Shown: positions 27,661 to 40,845, counted from the stretch's first letter. The stretch: DNA of 64,000 nt from Octopus sinensis (GCF_006345805.1 NC_043008.1:12462001-12526000), one strand, 5' to 3'. Notes: a model not told the origin generated them from the letters alone. Made by a program: numbers and translations.

Positions 27661-29440
27661 CCTCTGTATTTCATTGATCATATTGATATGTCAAAAGGAA
27701 CAAAAATCAAGTTGTTCTTTCTTGTTCAATGTACACAGGTGAAGAGACATCTTCTCTTCAATGGTGCAGCAGTTGCTGCTTACAGCTCTCTGAAAATGGT
27801 TTGTTTGTGTGTGTGCGTGATTTTCTTTAGCTTTTTTTTTTTTTTTTTACCAAAGAAGGGAATGGAAGAAATAAATAAAAAAAACTGACCTTGAAAAGAT
27901 CAAACTCTTAGGAATAAAATATTTCATCTTTAGTGAGTGTTTGTGCGCTGTTAGAGAGGAGTCTAACAACGTGGAATTTTGTATGAATATTTGTACATGA
28001 TTTAGTTTTACTGGTTTCTTGAGGAACGATATGTTAATAGCAAATAGCTGCAGCATCATCATCATCGTCGTCGTCGTTGTTTAATGTCTGCTTTCCATGC
28101 TGGCATGGGTTGGAGGGTTTGACTGAGGACTGGTGAGCCAGGAGGTTGCACTACACTCCAATCTGACCTGGCAAAGTTTCTACAGCTGGATGCCCTTCCT
28201 AACGCCAACCACTCTGAGAGCGTAATGGGTGCTTTTATGTGACACCAACATGAGGGCCAGTCAGGCAGTTCTGGCAATCACCACACTCAAAAGGTGCCTT
28301 TTATGTACTACCACCTGCATAGGAGCCAGTCCGGCGGCACTGGTAACGACCATGCTCGAATGTTGTTTTCCCATGCCACCAGCATATGTGCTGGCCAATC
28401 GACTCTGGCAACGATCATGCTCAAATGGTGCTTTTCACATGCCACCGGCATGGGAGCCAATCAATGGCCCTGGCAATGATTTCACTCGGATGTGCTTTTA
28501 ATGTTCCACTGGCATGGGAGCCAATCAGGTGGTACTCTCATCAGGCGCATCAGTGATTTTGATTTGTTTTTCACTTGCCTCAATAGGTCTTCACAAGCAA
28601 AGTTCATTGTCCAATGAATGAGGGGTACTGATAAACGGGCCAGTTACAACCCACATTCGGATGAACTTTTAATGTTCCACTGGCACAAGTGGCAATCAGG
28701 TGGTACTGTCATCAGCCACGTCATCAATTTTGAAAAAAATAATGTGGCACCTTGGGTAAGTGTCTTCTACTATAGCCTCGGGCTGACCAAAGCCTTGTGA
28801 GTGGATTTGGTAGACGGAAACTGAAAGAAGCCCGTCGTATATATGTATATGTATGCGTGTGTGTGTTTGTCCCCTAGCATTGCTTGACAACCAATGCTGG
28901 TGTGTTTATGTCCCTGTCACTTAGCGGTTTGGCAAAAGAGACCAATGGAATAAGTACTGGGCTTACAAAAGAATAAGTCCCGGGGTCGAGTTGCTCGATT
29001 AAAGGCGGTGCTCCAGCATGGCCGCAGTCAAATGACTGAAACAAGTAAAAGAGTAAAAGCGTATGTGCTCGACATTAAATTAAATTGAAGTTATCTTTTC
29101 AAGTCATGGCGACTCACAAGGGCTGGTTTCCCAGTTGCACGGCGTATATATTTCCCACCTGCATGAGACGCTGATTCATTGCAGGATTACTCATTTTTGC
29201 CAGCTGAGTGGACCAGAGCTAAGTGAAATGAAGGGTCACCCGATCCCCAAATCAAAACCCCTATTTTATGATCATGAGTGCAACACCCTTACCACTCAAC
29301 CATATGCCTCCACATGCACAACATTCCCTGGAATTGGAAAGCTAGTCTGTCACAGGGTTATCCATTTTGCAGCTGAGCAGACTGGCGTTTTGTTCAAGAA
29401 CACAACATGTCATTCAGTCCAGGATTCGAAACCACTACCT

Positions 29441-29850
29441 TACTCTTTACTCTTTTACCTGTTTCAGTCATATGACTGCGGCCATGCTGGAGCACCGCCT
29501 TTAGTCGAGCAAATCGACCCCGGGACTTATTCTTTGTAAGCCCAGTACATATTCTATCGGTCTCTTTTGCCGAACCACTAAGTAACGGGGACGTAAACAC
29601 ACCAGCATCGGTTGTCAAGCGATGCTATGGGGACAAACACAAACACACAAACACATACACACACACATATATATATATACATATATACGACAGGCTTCTC
29701 TCAGTTTCCTTCTACCAAATCCACTCACAAGGCATTGGTCGGCTCGGGGCTATAGCAGAAGACATTTGCCCAAGATGCCACGCAGTGGGACTGAACCCGG
29801 AACCATGTGGTTGGTTAGCAAACTACTTACCACACAGCCACTCCTGCGCC
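29441..29850 (-). mobile_element. tRNA-derived SINE with internal (TA/TG)n (copies 28743-29059 +, 39150-39571 -, 62850-63222 -, 9170-9575 +; heads at 705-866, 38800-39140, 52070-52230)
   Basis: Head GGCGCAGGAGTGGCTGTGTGGTAAG..GGTTCAGTCCC and GAGTAAAA-type tail; many copies. Confidence 0.8.
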
Positions 29851-30262
29851 TACAATCCTAACCACTAAGCCACGTGCCTCCACTCCACATGTGCAACACT
29901 CCTCCTAGTCTATCACAGGGTTAACCATTCACAGCTGATTGGACTGGAGCAATATAAAAAAAAAGTGTTTTGCTCATGAACACAATTCGCCACTCAGTCC
30001 TGGAACTGAACTCACGATCTTGTGACTCAAATTACTAGGTCACATGCCTTCATATAACTAATATTACTTAGCTTTAATTATGTAGCATAGGTTTTTTTTT
30101 TTTTTTTTTTGCTCATTTGTAAAAACAGATCAAGGCTCTGTTACCATGGGGATTTCAAACCACAATTGACAGCAATGAGAATTCACTCCTACCATTTAAA
30201 TCTCTGAAGTGAATGTTAATAGTTTTGCCACTTCACCATCATCGTCGTCATCGTCGTCGTCG

Positions 30263-30299
<37 letters not shown>

Positions 30300-30504
30300 T
30301 TAATGTCCATTTTTCCATGCTGGTGTAGTTGGACTTTTTGAATGGAACTGGCAAGGCTGGAGAGCTTCACCAGGCCCTAGTTGTCTGCTTTGGGATGGTT
30401 TCTACAGCTGGATGCCCTTCCTAATGCCAACCACTTTACAATGTGTACTGGGTGCTTTTTGTGTCACACCAGAATGGGTGCCTTATAAGTGGCATAAGCA
30501 CCCA

Positions 30505-30860
30505 TGTGTGATTGCACCAACAAACATGGGAACTTTATACATGGAACCAGCACAAGTGGTTTTTACATGGAACTAGCACAAATGCTTTATATGTGGCACC
30601 AGCATGGGAGCTTTATACATGGAACCAGCACATTTGGTTTATGCATGGAGCCAGTACAGGTGCTTTATATGTGGCACCAACATGGGAACTTTATACATGG
30701 ACCCAGCACAGGTGGTTTTTACATGGAACCGGCACAAATGCTTTATATGTGGCACCAACATGGGAACTTTATACATGGGACCAGCACAGGTGGTTTATGC
30801 ATGGAGCTAGAACAGGTGCTTTTTACATGACAGATGTTTTTTACATGGAACCAGCACATA
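30505..30860. repeat. Minisatellite of about 25-bp units with higher-order periodicity
   Basis: Alternating GGCACCAACATGGGAACTTTATACAT and GGAACCAGCACAGGTGCTTT variants, contiguous with a minus-strand interspersed repeat. Confidence 0.85.
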
Positions 30861-31411
30861 AAAAGCTCCACAGATGCGATATGGTTATAGAATAAGCAAT
30901 CACCTCTGCTTATAATTACACCTGCTTCTTGCAGAAGTACATAACAATTTCTCTTATTAGTATTAGTATAGTATTATTAGCATCTTATTAGTATTAGTAT
31001 TATTAGCATTACACAGTAAACTGTGCTTAACCACAGTTTACCTGTCATGTCATTTAGTAGACTTGTATGTAATTGATCACGTTCTGCTCATGGCCATCTC
31101 TCTACCTTTCAGGCAGGCATTGTATATCTAGGACTACCCCCTTGGTATGTGCTGATATTTTAAGATGATAGGGTGTAAGCTGAGATTCGACTGGTGCCGT
31201 TTCTGGCAGGTTGAATGACTGTGTAGTATTTTACTCATTGGGTGATGGGGAAGAATGTGGAAAATTTCTTCACCGAGTGCCAAAGTGCCAATTGTGGCAA
31301 ATTAGTAGACACATATTACTTTGTCTATTATCAGACTGATAATTTAATAACACTGATAATGGTGTAGTTTTGTAACTTCAGACAATATTAGTGAGTGAAT
31401 GAGAGAGAAAG

Positions 31412-31457
<46 letters not shown>

Positions 31458-31544
31458 AAATGCTGAGGATTACAAGGCAAGAAAGAGACAAATAAATATG
31501 TCGCCAGACAAGTAAAACATATATGTGTGCATATATATATGTAT

Positions 31545-31578
<34 letters not shown>

Positions 31579-31661
31579 ATATATATTATATATATATATA
31601 TACATCACATTATATATATATATATATTATATATATATATATATATGATATATATATATAT

Positions 31662-31708
<47 letters not shown>

Positions 31709-31930
31709 CATTATATATATATATATATACATATACACATATACACATATATACATACACATAGCTGCAGGTTTAAGAAGCTTACTTCTTAAGCATGCAG
31801 CCATGTAGTCTGCGGTTCAATCCTGCTGTGCATCACCTTGGGCAAATGTCTTAATATTTTAATATAAACCAGGGCTGACCAAAGCCTTATGAATTGATTT
31901 GGTAGACAGAAACTGAAAGGCCATTATGTG

Positions 31931-32032
<102 letters not shown>

Positions 32033-32137
32033 TTGATAGAAATGTTAAGACAACAAAATAATGAAAGAGACCTCGATATTATGTAAATAGAGGAATTTAT
32101 CTGTAAATATAATAAGTGACAATTATTTGGTAGCCTT

Positions 32138-32268
32138 GATAAAACTCCAACTTTCGGATGTTGGGGTGGAAACCCACGCCACCATCTCTTCAGTTATCAG
32201 GCCATCAGATAACTGAAGGGATGGCTGTGTGGATTTCTGCCTCGACATCCGAAACTCAGAGTTTTATC
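32138..32268. ncRNA. Divergent pair of hammerhead-like motifs (minus 32138-32198, plus 32208-32268) at the centre of a fold-back repeat
   Basis: Plus arm: GATAA CTGAAGG GATG..CATC C GAAA CTCAGAG TT TTATC. Minus arm: GATAA CTGAAGA GATG..CATC C GAAA GTTGGAG TT TTATC. Confidence 0.65.
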
Positions 32269-33073
32269 ATGGGTGCTAAATAATTGTCACATATTATATT
32301 TACAGATATATATATATATATATATGTATAAAAAGCACCCACTACACTCACGGAGTGGTTGGCGTTAGGAAGGGCATCCAGCTGTAGAAACATTGCCAGA
32401 TAAGACTGGAGCCTGGTGCAGCTTTCTGGCTTCCCAGATCCCCGGTCGAACCGTCCAACCCATGCTAGCATGGAGAACGGACGTTAAACGATGATGATGA
32501 TGATGATGATACATACATACATACATACACACATAATGGTGATGATGATGACGATGATGATGATGGTGGTGGTGGTGGTGGTAGTGATGTTGATGATACA
32601 TACATACATACATACATACATACATAGATGTTTGGGTGACTTGTGTATACATGAAGTGCAATGATATGTGGTCTGTGTACACGTGCAAATAATGATGACT
32701 ATGAGGTGGTGAGTGGTGACTATGTGGTGTGGAGGTGTTGATAGTCCTCATTAGAAGTTGTATAAACAAACCACTTAGTTAACGGTTTTTAATCGAATTG
32801 ACGATGCAAAACGCTAATGGTATAACACAGAAGAGAACCTAAAATAAGTCATTTGTCTTTTTACATCCACACTTTTTGTCGAAGAAACATAAGCATATTT
32901 GGTTTTTTTCATTCGGAACCAGAAGAAAGTGAAAACCATTAATTCAATTTTTCGGTCAATTGAATTATATGAAATGAAAAGTTCAAATTGGAAAATTTCA
33001 ACTTCAGTATGATGTGTTCTTTCTTAGATTGTTAAGGAAAAAGAGAAAGAGAGACAGAGAAACAGAGAGAGAC

Positions 33074-33104
<31 letters not shown>

Positions 33105-33629
33105 TAGAGAGTGGGAGAAAGGAAATATTTTGGAATCAATGTTGTTGGTTTGATTGAAGTGTCAAGTACTTCTACATGTGAATATGTATGTGTGCGTGTA
33201 TGTGTGTATATGTATATGTGTGTGTTTCTGATAGTGTGTGTGCGTGTGTGTGTCTGTGTGTGTGTGTGTGTGCATGTATGTCTGTATATGCGAATGTGTT
33301 TCTGATAGTGTGTGCGTGCATATGTGTGTATATGTGAATGTGTTTCTGATAGTGTGTGTGTGTGTGGTGTGTGTGTGTGTGTGTGTACAAGTACCAGACC
33401 TTCTGACCTATGAATAGATCTATAGAAAAAGTTTGTTTGCATACATCAGACATAAACGATGTGGCTGTGCTTGTGTAACTCTGCGGCTAGTTCTCTCGAT
33501 GTACATGTGTCCAGTGTCTCTGTGTTTGCATTTCTAACAAGTCTGGCTACATAGAAAAAACTGATATCAGAAAATGTAAAAGCAAATGTTATTGAAACCA
33601 ACTTTCCTTTCAACACATAACTACACACT

Positions 33630-34016
33630 GTGTGGAAGCACTCCGTCGGTTACGACGACGAGGGTTCCGGTTGATCCGATCAACGGAACAGCCTGCTCAT
33701 GAAATTAACGTGTAAGTGGTTGAGCACTCCACAGACACGTGTACCCTTAACGCAGTTCTCGGGGATATTCAGCGTGACACAGAGAGTGACAAGGCCGGCC
33801 CTTTGAAATACAGGTACAACAGAAACAGGAAGTAAGAGTGAGAGAAAGTTGTGGTGAAAGAGTACAGCAGGGATCACCACCTTCCCTGCCGGAGCCTCGT
33901 GGAGCTTTAGGTGTTTTCGCTCAATAAACACTCACAACGCCCGGTCTGGGAATCGAAACCACGATCCTACGACCGCGAGTCCACTGCCCTAACCACTGGG
34001 CCATTGCGCCTCCACA
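33630..34016 (-). mobile_element. Full-length tRNA-derived SINE, second tail type (relatives 16955-17283 +, 19032-19330 +, 21775-22020 -)
   Basis: Minus-strand head GGCGCAATGGCCCAGTGGTTAGGGCAG..GGTTTCGATTCC; 3' domain shared with 16955-17283 and 58830-58967. Confidence 0.78.
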
Positions 34017-34112
34017 TATAACTACACACACAGCCATAAACATGCACACACATATATTCTCTCTGTTTCCATCTGTCTGTCCACAAGAGGGTGCCGGAAA
34101 GCTCTTGGCTTT

Positions 34113-34153
34113 AACGTTTCGGCTGATATACACTCCGGCTTTCATCAGGTGTC
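34113..34153 (-). ncRNA. Second copy of the 5175-5220 hammerhead-like motif, lacking the 3' strand of stem I
   Basis: GACAC CTGATGA AAGCCGGAGTGTATATCAGCC GAAAC GTT, then unrelated sequence. Homology to 5221-5268 continues to about 34198. Confidence 0.65.
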
Positions 34154-34430
34154 TTGGGAAAATTTTGAACCTGGGTTCTCATTCCTAAGGTACCTTTCGC
34201 TGAACTGGCAGAATCATTAGCATGCTGGGTGAAATGTGTAGCCGTATTTTGTCTGCTGTTACATTCCGCCGAGTTCAAATTCCGCCGAGGTCAACTTTGC
34301 CTTTCATCATTTTGGGGTCGATTAAATAAGTACCAGTTACGCACTGGGGTCGATGTGATCGATTTAATCCATTTGCCTGTCCTTGTTTGTCCCCTCTGTG
34401 TTTAGCCCCTTGTGGGTAGTAAAGAAACAA

Positions 34431-34466
<36 letters not shown>

Positions 34467-34512
34467 ATTATTATTATTATTGTTATTATTATTATTGTTA
34501 TTATTATTATTA

Positions 34513-34555
<43 letters not shown>

Positions 34556-35113
34556 AGTCACTGCCTGGAATCGAACTCAGAATCTTGGGGTTAGTAACCC
34601 ATGCTCTTAACCACTACACCATATTTAGAACTGTATCTCAGTACGTTACCCAACATAGATAATGAAGCCTCATTTGCTTAACTCCATAGGATGCGAGGGT
34701 GATATTGAATATCTCACAACATATGTAGTCTACATTTTGATCAACATTGTCACTGCTGATGTATTGTCTCAGCTTATTGCACAACCAATATTATATAACA
34801 TATACAAGGAGCGATTAGATAAAAACTGGAATCTTATAAGAAAAATATTTTGGTAGACTCTCAATCAGACAGTTATTAATACCATTGAGCTCTTTCTCTT
34901 TTGCATTTCATATTCAAAACATTCCCACCATATTGTCTCAGACAGAATAAAATTGGCCCGAGAGAATTATTATCTACACCTGTATTTAGCACCTGTCTAG
35001 TAAACAGCCATTTGCAAATGGAACAGTATTTCTACCGTTTCAAAAATTATTTCTCCTTTGTCATAGTTTTGAGATTTTGATGATTATTTTTACTGAATTT
35101 TCTCCTCACAGCT

Positions 35114-35345
35114 CATGGTACTTTCACAAAGAAGTACCATGGTATTTTCACAAAGAAACACCATGGTATTTTCACAAACAAGTACCATGGTATTTTCACA
35201 AAGAAGTACCATGGTACTTTCACAAAGAATTACCATGGTATTTTCACAAAGAAGTACCATGGTACTTTCACAAAGAAGTACCATGGTACTTTCACAAAGA
35301 AGTACCATGGTACTTTCACAAAGAAGTACCATGGTATTTTCATAA
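35114..35345. repeat. 24-bp minisatellite (about 9.5 units) with a palindromic core
   Basis: Unit CATGGTACTTTCACAAAGAAGTAC; junctions create the 16-bp palindrome AAGTACCATGGTACTT. Confidence 0.95.
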
Positions 35346-36343
35346 CTCATGGTACTCTCACATATATGATGTTTATAATGAGGGTTTCAGTTTTTTGGCA
35401 CAAGGCCAGCAATTTAAGGGGTGTGGGGTTAGTTGATTACCTTGACCCCAGTGTTCAACTGGTACTTGTTTTATTTATCTCAAAAGGATAAAAGGCAAAG
35501 ACAGCCCCAGCTGCAGCATTTGACTCAGAATGTAAAGTTGGACAAAATGCCTCTAAACATTTTTCCCTGTGTGATACGTTTCTGCCAGCTCGCTACTTTA
35601 TGATGTCAACGTATAATAGTGACATTATGAAGGCACATGGCTCAGGGGCTATATCATCAGGCTCATTATCACGAGGTAGTGAGTTTGATTCCTGGTCTGG
35701 GCTGTGTGTTGTATTCTTGAGCAAGACACTTTATTTTATGTTGCTTCTGTTCACTCAGCCGTAGAAACGAGTTGTGACGTCTCTGGTGTCAAACTGTATT
35801 GGTCTTTGCCTTTTCCTTGGATAACATCAGTGGTGTGGAGAGGGGAGGCTGGTATGCATGGGTGACTGATCTTCCATAAACAATCTTGTCCGGACTTGTA
35901 CCTCAGAGGATGACACTCTAGGTGCAATCCTATGGTCACTTATGGCCAAAGGAGGTATTTACTTCTTTTAATAGTGACATGATGATATATCAATAAGTAT
36001 TCACGACTTTATAGCTAGGTGTGTGGTGAGAGGTTCCTTTTCCAATCACATGGTTCCTAGTTCAGTCTCACTGAATGGCACCTTGGACAGGCGTCTTCTA
36101 CTATAGCCCTGGGGAAACCATATCAGAAGTCCATCATGTGTGTGAGTGTGTGGATGCGTTTTTGTGTATGTACTACTGTCTTCTTGCTCTGACTTTAAGT
36201 GGTAGACGTATACATGTGTAACTGTCATGAACGCATCTTACTTCCTTTTTAATCTTCTCTGAAGGCCATGGGGAAATATTAACTTGGAAACAGGTAAAAA
36301 ATTGCAACAAGAAGGGTACCCAGTCATAGAAAATCTGCCTTAA

Positions 36344-36564
36344 CCCTTTAGTGTTCACATTATTCTGCCAAAATTAATGCATTTTTATCCACATTGTTTT
36401 GAACTAATCATGCCTTATCTTGTAGCTATGAGATTCTGATGAGGTAGCTGTTAATTTTTAAAACAATATTGTAGGGTTGGTGTAAGAGACCAGATCTGGT
36501 CAGTTTGAACATAAAATAGGCAGAATACTTTTGGCCGGATATGGCCAGTTTAAATTATAAAGGG
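36344..36564. mobile_element. piggyBac-like MITE (partial relatives near 37740-37896 and 51480-51600)
   Basis: TTAA-CCCTTTA...TAAAGGG-TTAA. Confidence 0.7.
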
Positions 36565-38386
36565 TTAATTTAGTCAGTCTGTCAAGTGCTCAACCATTTA
36601 CAGACATATGTTAATGTGTCGGTGGTTCATTTGATCAAATAACTGGAATATTCATAGTGAAAGCAAACAAATATCCATATACTTATTTGCTAAAATATAA
36701 TATCCGATGGAATGTAATGATTAATGTTCTGTATAAAACTTACCATTACTTCTAGTCGAATAATACAACACATGAAACTATATTAGAACTACAAGACGGA
36801 TGTTGTCGCAGGTGAAAGAAAAATAAATATTTAAGTATTTTGTCATAGATCCAGACATCGAATGGAGACAATACTCCATTCTGGTTTCGCCAAACTATAG
36901 CTTTCCTGTAAACACATTTGGTAAACCTCTTTAATTATTTTTCTTGAATAATCAAATTATTTCTCTCTGTCTGTATATTGTTTTCTCTCCAAGAAACAGA
37001 CTGACTTGAAACTAGTCTAATTCTTATAACCAAGTCACATAATATTAACCGTAGAAGATTGTTTACAAAAACAAAATTGCTGGAGCAGATCTAGAATGGT
37101 TTTTTTTTTTCCTTGTTATCTCTTGTTGTTGAATTGATGAGCTTTCTCTACTGTCTACACTCCAGTTTCATTTTCTTTTAGTAATGATAGATATAGTGAA
37201 ACTATCTGTTTTTCTGTGTATTATTTCTCCATTGCCCCACTGTTCTATTTTCTCACTGCTCCCCTATGAGGTGGAGGATTGCCAAAGACGAAAATATTAC
37301 CGTGATTTTCTTAGATATTTTATGATATTCTTGCTTTTTTTGGCATCTCAAATATAATTGTTGATAAATATTATCAGGTAAACAAATAAACATTATGTTA
37401 GTTTGTTTCAGTTAAATTATAATCAATTTTCTTTTTTCACATTTGACATATTTTGTTGTATCTTGGGTGGATCATTATGCTGATAAACACATGCACTGGT
37501 TCTATTTCACTTCATTATTTATTAGTTAATTGGCTAACTATTTAACCAATTGACTTATCAATTGGTTAGATAGTTGACTTATCATTCAGTTTGTCAATCA
37601 ATCAGCTAGGTTTATCAAAGTTCCATAATTGGCATTCACAGCATCATCTCTGAGGGATCAGTGTTAGGAAGGGCATCCAGCCATAGAAACCATGCCAAAT
37701 CAGACTGGAGTCTGGTGCAGCCCCTCTGCTTACCAACCCATTATCTTTTTGCATTGAGATTTCGATGATGTGCTTGTATATTTTTAGTATGACATTGTAG
37801 GATAGGCATGAGAGGCTGAATATGGCCAGTCTGTCTATAAAACAGGTATAACATTAGGGCTGGATATGGCCAGTTTAAAAAATGCTGAAGGGTTAACGAT
37901 GGAAAAGAGTCTAAGACCAAAGACTAAGTGTTTCGATGAGGAACAGTGATTCCAGATATTGGCTTTGAAAGTAATCAGGTTGATGAAATAACGTCACACA
38001 AATTTAATAATTAACTCCATTAGTAGTTAGTACACCATTGGGTCCAGTACAATGGATTATACTGAAAATGGTAATATCATTAATGCAGCTTGCTGTAATG
38101 GTTTTCCATTACTTATTACAGAAGCTTTCTCATTTGGTTAACAACAGTTGTGTTCAAATCTAGACATTAGCATGAATATTTTGAGCTGATGATCTTTTAA
38201 GATCCTCTCTTTAATGATTATGGTACAATCTGAAGATGAAGGAATTATGGATTCATTAAGATAATTAAAACAAATGCTGATTATGTATTTAAATATTCTG
38301 AGTTGTTTTATTTTTGCTATTTGATTGTATATCAACAGTTTACGTGCATCTTTGTCATTGGTGGTGGTGACAAACACAGGCACACA

Positions 38387-38429
<43 letters not shown>

Positions 38430-38665
38430 GGATGAATGAATTATCCTTTGTTTACTGTTAACATGGAAAATTCAATAAACAGTTACCAGGGTAGCAAAGT
38501 TCACATGTTCTCTACTTATTATTTCTTTAACCCTTCTCTTTCTAGTATCTGCCTTTGACATCGAATCTACTAACGGTTTTTTAAAATACTTAATAACGTT
38601 CTGTTTATCATTTAGGAAGTCATCGTAATTGTTATAATGTCTTGTTGTTGAGATAGGCTCTCTTT

Positions 38666-38733
38666 CTTTCCTGATGAGAAGGTTGCATTTTACACCGTTT
38701 AACCAATGTTGTCTTCGAAACATATGTCGAAAG
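38666..38733 (+). ncRNA. Minimal type-I hammerhead ribozyme, canonical core, GUC cleavage site
   Basis: Stem I CTTTC/GAAAG; CTGATGA (38671-38677); stem II GAAG..GCATT/AATGT..CTTC; GAAA (38717-38720); palindromic CATATG; TC. Predicted cut after 38728. Confidence 0.85.
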
Positions 38734-39366
38734 TAAAAGAATTTTAATAACATCTTCGTTCAACTCCATTTATTTACTTATATATATGTATATGTATATA
38801 CAACAGGCTTCTTTCAGTTTCTGTCTACCAAATCTACTCACAAGGCTGAGGCTATAGTGGAAGACACATGCCTAAGGTGCCACTCTGTGGGACTGAACCC
38901 AGAACCATGTGGTTGGTAAGCGAGCTACTTACCACACAACCACTCCTGCACCTATATGATGGGATTCTTTCAGTTTCCTTCTGCTAAATCCATTCACAAG
39001 GTTTTGGTCAGCATGAGGCTATAAAAGAAGACACTTATCTAAGATTCGACACAGTGAGACTGAACCCAGAACCATGTGGTTGGTAAGCAAGCTACTTACT
39101 CCACAGCAAATCCTGCCCCTATAGCCATTCTTGTGCCTATGTATTAAGTATTTCTCTCTTTTTCTCTTTCATTTGTTTCACTCATTTGAATGTTGCCATG
39201 CTGGAGCACCGCCTTTAATTGAGCAAATCAATCCCAGGACTTATTCTTTGTAAGCCTAGTACTTATTTTATTGGTGTCTTTTGCCAAACCGCTAAGTTAT
39301 GGGGACATAAACACACCAGCATCAGTTGTCAAGCGATGTTGGGAGGACAAACACAGACACACAAAC

Positions 39367-39405
<39 letters not shown>

Positions 39406-39662
39406 CATATATACGACAGGCTTCTTTCAGTTTCCGTCTACCAAATCCACTCACAAGGCTTTGGTCGGCCCGAGGCTATGGTAGAAGACATTTGCCCAAG
39501 TTACCATGCAGTGGGACTGAACCTGGAACCATGTGGTTGGTAAGCAAGCTACTTACCTCACAGCCACTCCTAATGTAAATAAAAAAAGGAAAAACTATGT
39601 AAATTAAAAATTAAAAACTGTCTCTGTCTGGCTAATCCCCGATTTTTTTTTTATTCTTTCAG

Positions 39663-39707
39663 ATCCGCGTAAAGGAAATGATAAACCCAGTGTAAACAGA
39701 AAGCGTG
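39663..39707 (+). CDS. 45-nt coding micro-exon of the same Ig gene: (D)PRKGNDKPSVNRKR(G)
   Basis: Branch-point-like CTAAT (39632-39636), polypyrimidine tract, ttcAG (39661-39662) and donor GTAAGC (39708). Phase 1-1, in frame with the Ig exon (AAT G|AT = N-D). Ends in KRG, like the post-Ig linker I recall for this family. Confidence 0.72.
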
Positions 39708-40676
39708 GTAAGCCAACATTTTCTTGCTCAAGCTTTCAATTTCCATGGTTGTGTGTACGAGTATTTTGAATTTATAACAATAAAGGAAACGTTGATTTTT
39801 TTTTTCCCCTAACTTACACTTATTTGTGGCAAATCTTAGTGCAACATAGATATATTTTTATGATTGCCCTCCATAAGTATTTATCTATCAATTTTTATAT
39901 ATGTATGCAAACAGACAAGCATAATTGCATATATATAGAAAGAAATAGATAAATAAATAGATAGATATATTTACATGTATGTATATACACATGCAAATAT
40001 ATTAAGCATTTTTTCCCCCCTTATGTCAGCAAATTTGTGTTCATAATATTGTGAAAATGTATGTAGAGATATTTTTTTTATTACATTGTTAAATGAATTC
40101 TCCTTTTACTTGTGACCAAATATCATTTTATCATTTATATTATTATTATTATATTATTATTATTATTAGATACCTGCATGCTTTACAGATCCGATTTTCT
40201 TTTCTGTTTTTTTTTTTTTTTTTTTTTTTTATATATTTGCTTTTTGTCTTACACTCTCTGTTGCATTTTTAGTTATTCTTGCTCGTAGACTATTAGTAAT
40301 TTTTTCTTTTATTTCGGTAAATTTTCTTAGTAAAATGTTTTTGGTGAAATCTCGCTGCTTGAATGTCAATACTTACTACAATATAGCAGCACTTGATACT
40401 GTCAATCATTTTCATGTGTTAATGTCAGCATGTATTAATTTTCTTTTTGTTTACAGTTATTGCCAAACAAACTTTCTTATATATATATCTTCGATTTCAT
40501 GCTGAGTATATTTTCATGTTTCACTTTCTCAGCATTTAATTTCTTATACTTTTCGTCTTTATTTTACTATTTTAACTATTTTACTACACGTTTTATGTTT
40601 ATCATTGTGAAGAAATTGTGAATTCATATATGTATATGTATATATATATATATACATGTATATATGTGTATGTATA

Positions 40677-40748
<72 letters not shown>

Positions 40749-40773
40749 TATACATATTATATATATATAAACA

Positions 40774-40817
<44 letters not shown>

Positions 40818-40845
40818 TATATATATATATATATATAAACATATT

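Noticed and set aside
35077-35436. CRISPR-like array or repeat protein
   Set aside because: Repeats are contiguous with no unique spacers, no cas genes, and the context is eukaryotic.
38472-38753. 93-aa minus-strand ORF
   Set aside because: No recognisable domain; it is the antisense of the hammerhead-bearing repeat.
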